Positions 60,712 to 64,000 of a stretch of 64,000 nucleotides of DNA are shown here, piece after piece. The notes beneath the pieces were generated by a model. That model did not search any database. It was not told where the DNA came from and saw only the letters and a program-made list of their open reading frames with translations. The stretch comes from Candidatus Latescibacterota bacterium (GTDB taxonomy: Bacteria > Latescibacterota > UBA2968 > UBA8231). How positions within the stretch are numbered: position 1 is the stretch's first letter; every line of letters starts with the position of its first letter. The position numbers and the translations under genes are program-made. The DNA is taken from assembly GCA_965208105.1 (NCBI GenBank), contig OZ242318.1, positions 2,912,001 through 2,976,000 on the forward strand, in the 5' to 3' direction.

Positions 60712-61608
60712 CTACTTTTGCAGGAGCTCGGTTTCCTTTAATGACTGTGGAAGAATTTGAGGTTCGGGGAATCCGACATTCTCGATTAGAAAATCCGACA
60801 CTCCTGAGGACTCCTCTTCGTGATTCGTGCCCTTTGTTAGTTCAACGAAGCGATTACACACGAAGTTATGGTATCCGGCCATCCAACGATATTTCTCGTG
60901 TACTCGGGTCGCGGTTAAGGTTTCTTTGAGACTCTCTTCTACGACCCTTTTGTGATCAGCTAGTAATTGATACCAGATCGACTCATTAGGCCAATCATTG
61001 AATGCAAGGGATAAGTAATCAAGAAATAGTCGGTCATCATTATCCTGCAAAAGATTCCAGTAGTGTGGTGTTTCTTCGATACTCCCCGTGTAAAATCCAA
61101 CTTGCCGTTTTAGCCACTCCATGACAGACGAAGCGAGGACAATCCGTGGTGGGCCGCCAGCCTTTTCCATTTGCACAGCCTTGACCAAGGCATCACCAAA
61201 TGCGAAGTCGTTGTCCATGTAGTGAAGGCCTGCCGCTATACCACCGCGGACGGGAAACCCCTTGCTAGTGAGAAGTGCCTGATACATTCTCATCACCCAA
61301 AGGATCCATCCAAGTTCGGGTTCGCCTGCGTCATAGTCCGGTGCCTGCAACTCTTCCGAGATGACCAAGTTGTCGGTAAAAGTCCGTACCTGATAGGATG
61401 GTGGCAACGGCCCGAAAATCTTCTTCATTTCTTCCTGCCGAACCCACCGGTGTGCGCTGTTGATAGCAGAATACGCTTCCCTGATAAATTCCTCCCCGCG
61501 TCTATCACTGATGGCATTTAGGCTTCGATCACTCCAGCCCAAGATATCTGCGTGGCATACAATTGCCTTCCTCAACATAGGCTTTTCCGCTTCAATTTCC
61601 TTATTCAT
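60712..61608 (-). CDS. Hypothetical protein with class III nucleotide-cyclase-like motifs
   Basis: ADILGW, FTDNLVIS, VRGGIAAG, FGDALVKAVQME, PRIVL; start 61608. Confidence 0.55.
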   Translation of the reverse strand: MNKEIEAEKPMLRKAIVCHADILGWSDRSLNAISDRRGEEFIREAYSAINSAHRWVRQEEMKKIFGPLPPSYQVRTFTDNLVISEELQAPDYDAGEPELGWILWVMRMYQALLTSKGFPVRGGIAAGLHYMDNDFAFGDALVKAVQMEKAGGPPRIVLASSVMEWLKRQVGFYTGSIEETPHYWNLLQDNDDRLFLDYLSLAFNDWPNESIWYQLLADHKRVVEESLKETLTATRVHEKYRWMAGYHNFVCNRFVELTKGTNHEEESSGVSDFLIENVGFPEPQILPQSLKETELLQK

Positions 61609-61736
61609 AAAGACCCCCTGTAAGTCCATTCAGCCGGAATCTAAACTGATGGAGGATATTGGCCACGCCCAGCCATCTGGTAGAGTTACGCGGTTTTTGG
61701 ACAGGTTTGACTTGAAATCTCCAGACATTCCTTCCA

Positions 61737-62093
61737 GTTGAGTAGCTCAGCCATTCGGCTTCGCCCTCACAGGTAGGCTCCGGTGGCAGTTCCACCGATT
61801 TCTCCGTGGGCCTCAGTCCGGCTCCCGGTTTCGGCTCGATGCTGTGCTCCGGTCTCCCTTGCACACCACCCTCATCGTTGACCGGACGATGGACCCATCC
61901 GGGCATCCTGGGTTCCGACGATTACCTTTCATAGAGGATGTAGTCCTCGACCCCGGCGGAGTACGGCCATCTCGCCTGGCGATGGCTGACTTGCTGCACC
62001 TCATATGACCCCTGTCTACGCTTCGGACCCCACGTTACCGTGACGCCCGCAAGACCCGGTCCCGGCCTACCCGCTACGGCTTTGGCCGGGTGC
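61737..62093 (-). ncRNA. ORF-less, internally deleted group II intron relic
   Basis: Domain I-like AAGCCGTAGCGGG...CGGTAACGTGGGGTCCGAAGCGTAGACAGGGG, degenerate DV CCCGGATG...CGTCCGG, 3' end GAAGCCGAATGGCTGAGCTACTCAAC. Confidence 0.7.
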
Positions 62094-62277
62094 TGGCAAA
62101 TGAGTGTTGTACCAACCCTCGAAAAAAGGAAAAGGGCGATGCGAGCCTGTGGGATTGAGAGCGGTGGGGAACTTCGCCAGCTAGCAGCTAAATCGCACGA
62201 GCGTGGTAATATAAGTGATAACCGCAGCCTGCCTTCGGCTGCAAACTAAATTTAAACAAGAAGTTAGGGAAATTACA

Positions 62278-62364
62278 TGGCGGAGGGTGAGGGACTCGAA
62301 CCCTCAAGGGCATGTGCCCGGCGGTTTTCAAGACCGCTGCCTTACCAATTAGGTCTAACCCTCC
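62278..62364 (-). tRNA. tRNA-Ser(TGA), island integration site
   Basis: GGAGGGT...GCGGT CT TGA AA ACCGC, variable arm, GGTTCGAGTCC...CCCTCCGCCA. Confidence 0.95.
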
Positions 62365-62399
62365 ATTGGTAGAGCCTATACCTCAATAGCTGAATAAGC

Positions 62400-64000
62400 T
62401 TATGGGTTTGCTTTCCCATTGTCAAGCCCCTCATCTTCCCCCTGTTCACCCTGAACCATACGCGTCATGCCGATGACCTGATCGCCGTCATCCAGGGTGA
62501 TCACTCGAACTCCCTGGGTGTTGCGGCCAATCAGCGAAATGTCGGCCACCGGCACCCGGATCACGACCCCATTGGCCGTTACGATCATCACCTCGTCTTC
62601 CTCCGAAACTTCCAGGCATGCCACCACCTCTCCGTTCCGTTCAGTGGCCTTAATGTCGATCACCCCCTTACCGCCTCGGTGAATGGCGGAGTACTCTCCG
62701 GCATCCGTACGTTTGCCGTATCCATTTTCGCAAATGGTGAGGAGGGAGGCGTTTTTCTCGATTACCACCATGTCCACTACCTTGTCATCGCGGTGGAGGG
62801 TAACTCCCTTTACGCCGGTGGAGGACCGTCCCATTGGACGCACCTCACTTTCGGCAAAACGCACACTCATTCCCCTCTGAGTCGCCAACACAATGTCGTG
62901 AGTGCCGTCAGTGATGGCTGCCCCGATCAAGGCATCATCCGCCTGGATTTTCAGTGCGAGAATCCCGTCTCGACGGATGTTCTTGTATGCTGAAAGGACG
63001 GTCTTTTTTACAATTCCCTTCTGAGTTGCGGTGAATAAATACATTTCTTCGGAAAAATCCTGCACTGGCACAACCGCCGCGACCTTTTCGTCCTGACCTA
63101 GCTGCAGCAAATTGACCGCAGGCCGGCCGCGGGCCATCCGCTCACCCTCGGGTATCCTGTAGACCTTCAGCCAATGGCAACGGCCGCTGGAGTCCAGGAA
63201 CATGATATAGGAGTGGGTCGATGCCACGAAAAGGTGCTCGACGAAGTCATCCTCCTTGGTCTTCATTCCCGTGACCCCTCGACCACCCCGGCCCTGTACT
63301 CGGTAGGCCCGGGGAGACATGCGCTTGATATACCCTGACCGGGAGATGGTTACCACCATCTCCTCTTTCTGGATCAGGTCTTCAAGGTCGAATTCTTCGG
63401 CCGAATACACGATTTCCGTGCGGCGATCGTCTCCGAACCTCTCCCTGATGTCCTCCACCTCGTCCTTGAAAATTTGTACCTGCATCTGGCGGTTGTTGAG
63501 GACTGAATTCAGATGTTCAATCTCCTTGATCAGGTCCCTGTACTCACTTTCGATCTTGTCTTGTTCGAGAGCGGTCAGGCGCTGAAGCGGCATGCTCAGA
63601 ATCGCTTGGCACTGCAACTCGCTCAACTGGACCTCGCGTTTCGCATTCTCATCCTCGCTCATTTCAAACCGGACCTTCATGAGCTCTTCTTTTGCTTCCT
63701 GGGGGCTGGCTGCAGAGCGAATGATCTTGATAATTTCGTCAATGTTGCCCAGAGCAACGCGCAATCCTTCGAGGATGTGCGCGCGCGCCTGGGCCTTTTC
63801 CAGGTCAAAGCGGGTCCTCCGCAACACCACATCGCGCCGGTGGTCGAGGTAGTATTGAAGCATCTCCCTGAGGTTGAGGATCTTGGGACGACCCTCCACC
63901 AGGGCCAGCAACATCACCCCGAAGGTGGTCTGCAACATACTGTGCGTATACAGCTGGTTGAGGACCACCTCTGCGTGCGCACCTCTCTTTATCTCTACGA
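62400..64000 (-). CDS. gyrA: DNA gyrase subunit A, C-terminal part (5' end outside window)
   Basis: RAHILEGL, LQRLTALE, FGDDRRT, GyrA-box QGRGGRG and C-terminal pinwheel repeats. Confidence 0.97.
   Translation of the reverse strand, partial: VEIKRGAHAEVVLNQLYTHSMLQTTFGVMLLALVEGRPKILNLREMLQYYLDHRRDVVLRRTRFDLEKAQARAHILEGLRVALGNIDEIIKIIRSAASPQEAKEELMKVRFEMSEDENAKREVQLSELQCQAILSMPLQRLTALEQDKIESEYRDLIKEIEHLNSVLNNRQMQVQIFKDEVEDIRERFGDDRRTEIVYSAEEFDLEDLIQKEEMVVTISRSGYIKRMSPRAYRVQGRGGRGVTGMKTKEDDFVEHLFVASTHSYIMFLDSSGRCHWLKVYRIPEGERMARGRPAVNLLQLGQDEKVAAVVPVQDFSEEMYLFTATQKGIVKKTVLSAYKNIRRDGILALKIQADDALIGAAITDGTHDIVLATQRGMSVRFAESEVRPMGRSSTGVKGVTLHRDDKVVDMVVIEKNASLLTICENGYGKRTDAGEYSAIHRGGKGVIDIKATERNGEVVACLEVSEEDEVMIVTANGVVIRVPVADISLIGRNTQGVRVITLDDGDQVIGMTRMVQGEQGEDEGLDNGKANP

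Larger units (their letters stand above)
23783..62291. mobile_element. ~38.5-kb genomic (defence) island integrated at the 3' end of tRNA-Ser(TGA)
   Basis: Direct repeat TGGCGGAGGGTGAG at 23783-23796 and 62278-62291; integrase next to the left repeat; heterogeneous, often AT-richer cargo. Confidence 0.92.

Noticed and set aside
23952-62277. Intact prophage or ICE
   Set aside because: No capsid, terminase, tail, lysis, relaxase or T4SS genes in the island

Overview
Bacterial chromosomal window, probably from an uncultured FCB-type lineage (inferred from a FlgD/Por-like C-terminal sorting domain, several PhyH dioxygenases and a YWTD-repeat remnant). Bases 1-23.4 kb are mostly minus-strand metabolic and transport genes: oxidoreductases, PhyH dioxygenases, pcm, an amidase, fumC and a sugar ABC transporter. 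They are interrupted by a frameshifted IS110/IS1111-type element inserted at the end of a ~165-bp MITE; its downstream non-coding region shows bridge/seek-RNA-like guides that match the insertion site. From 23783 to 62291 a ~38.5-kb genomic island sits in the 3' end of tRNA-Ser(TGA), bounded by a 14-bp direct repeat and splitting a gyrA-tRNA(Ser/Ser/Gln) cluster. The island backbone is phage-satellite-like (C-terminally truncated P4-type integrase, AlpA, primase-VirE helicase, iteron-like repeats). Its cargo is dense and looks defence-related: a four-gene PRTase-like/P-loop ATPase/CARF-like/N6-MTase operon (best candidate for a poorly characterised system), RES and HEPN-like proteins, HIRAN, a YaaW-like + GTPase pair, an SF2 helicase + zinc-finger pair, a PLD restriction system with two N4-C methylases and a lone nucleotide-cyclase-like gene. 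It also holds a 27-aa type-I-toxin-like peptide, a structured RNA candidate, and IS and group II intron relics. All family calls come from motif reading only; no database searches were run.
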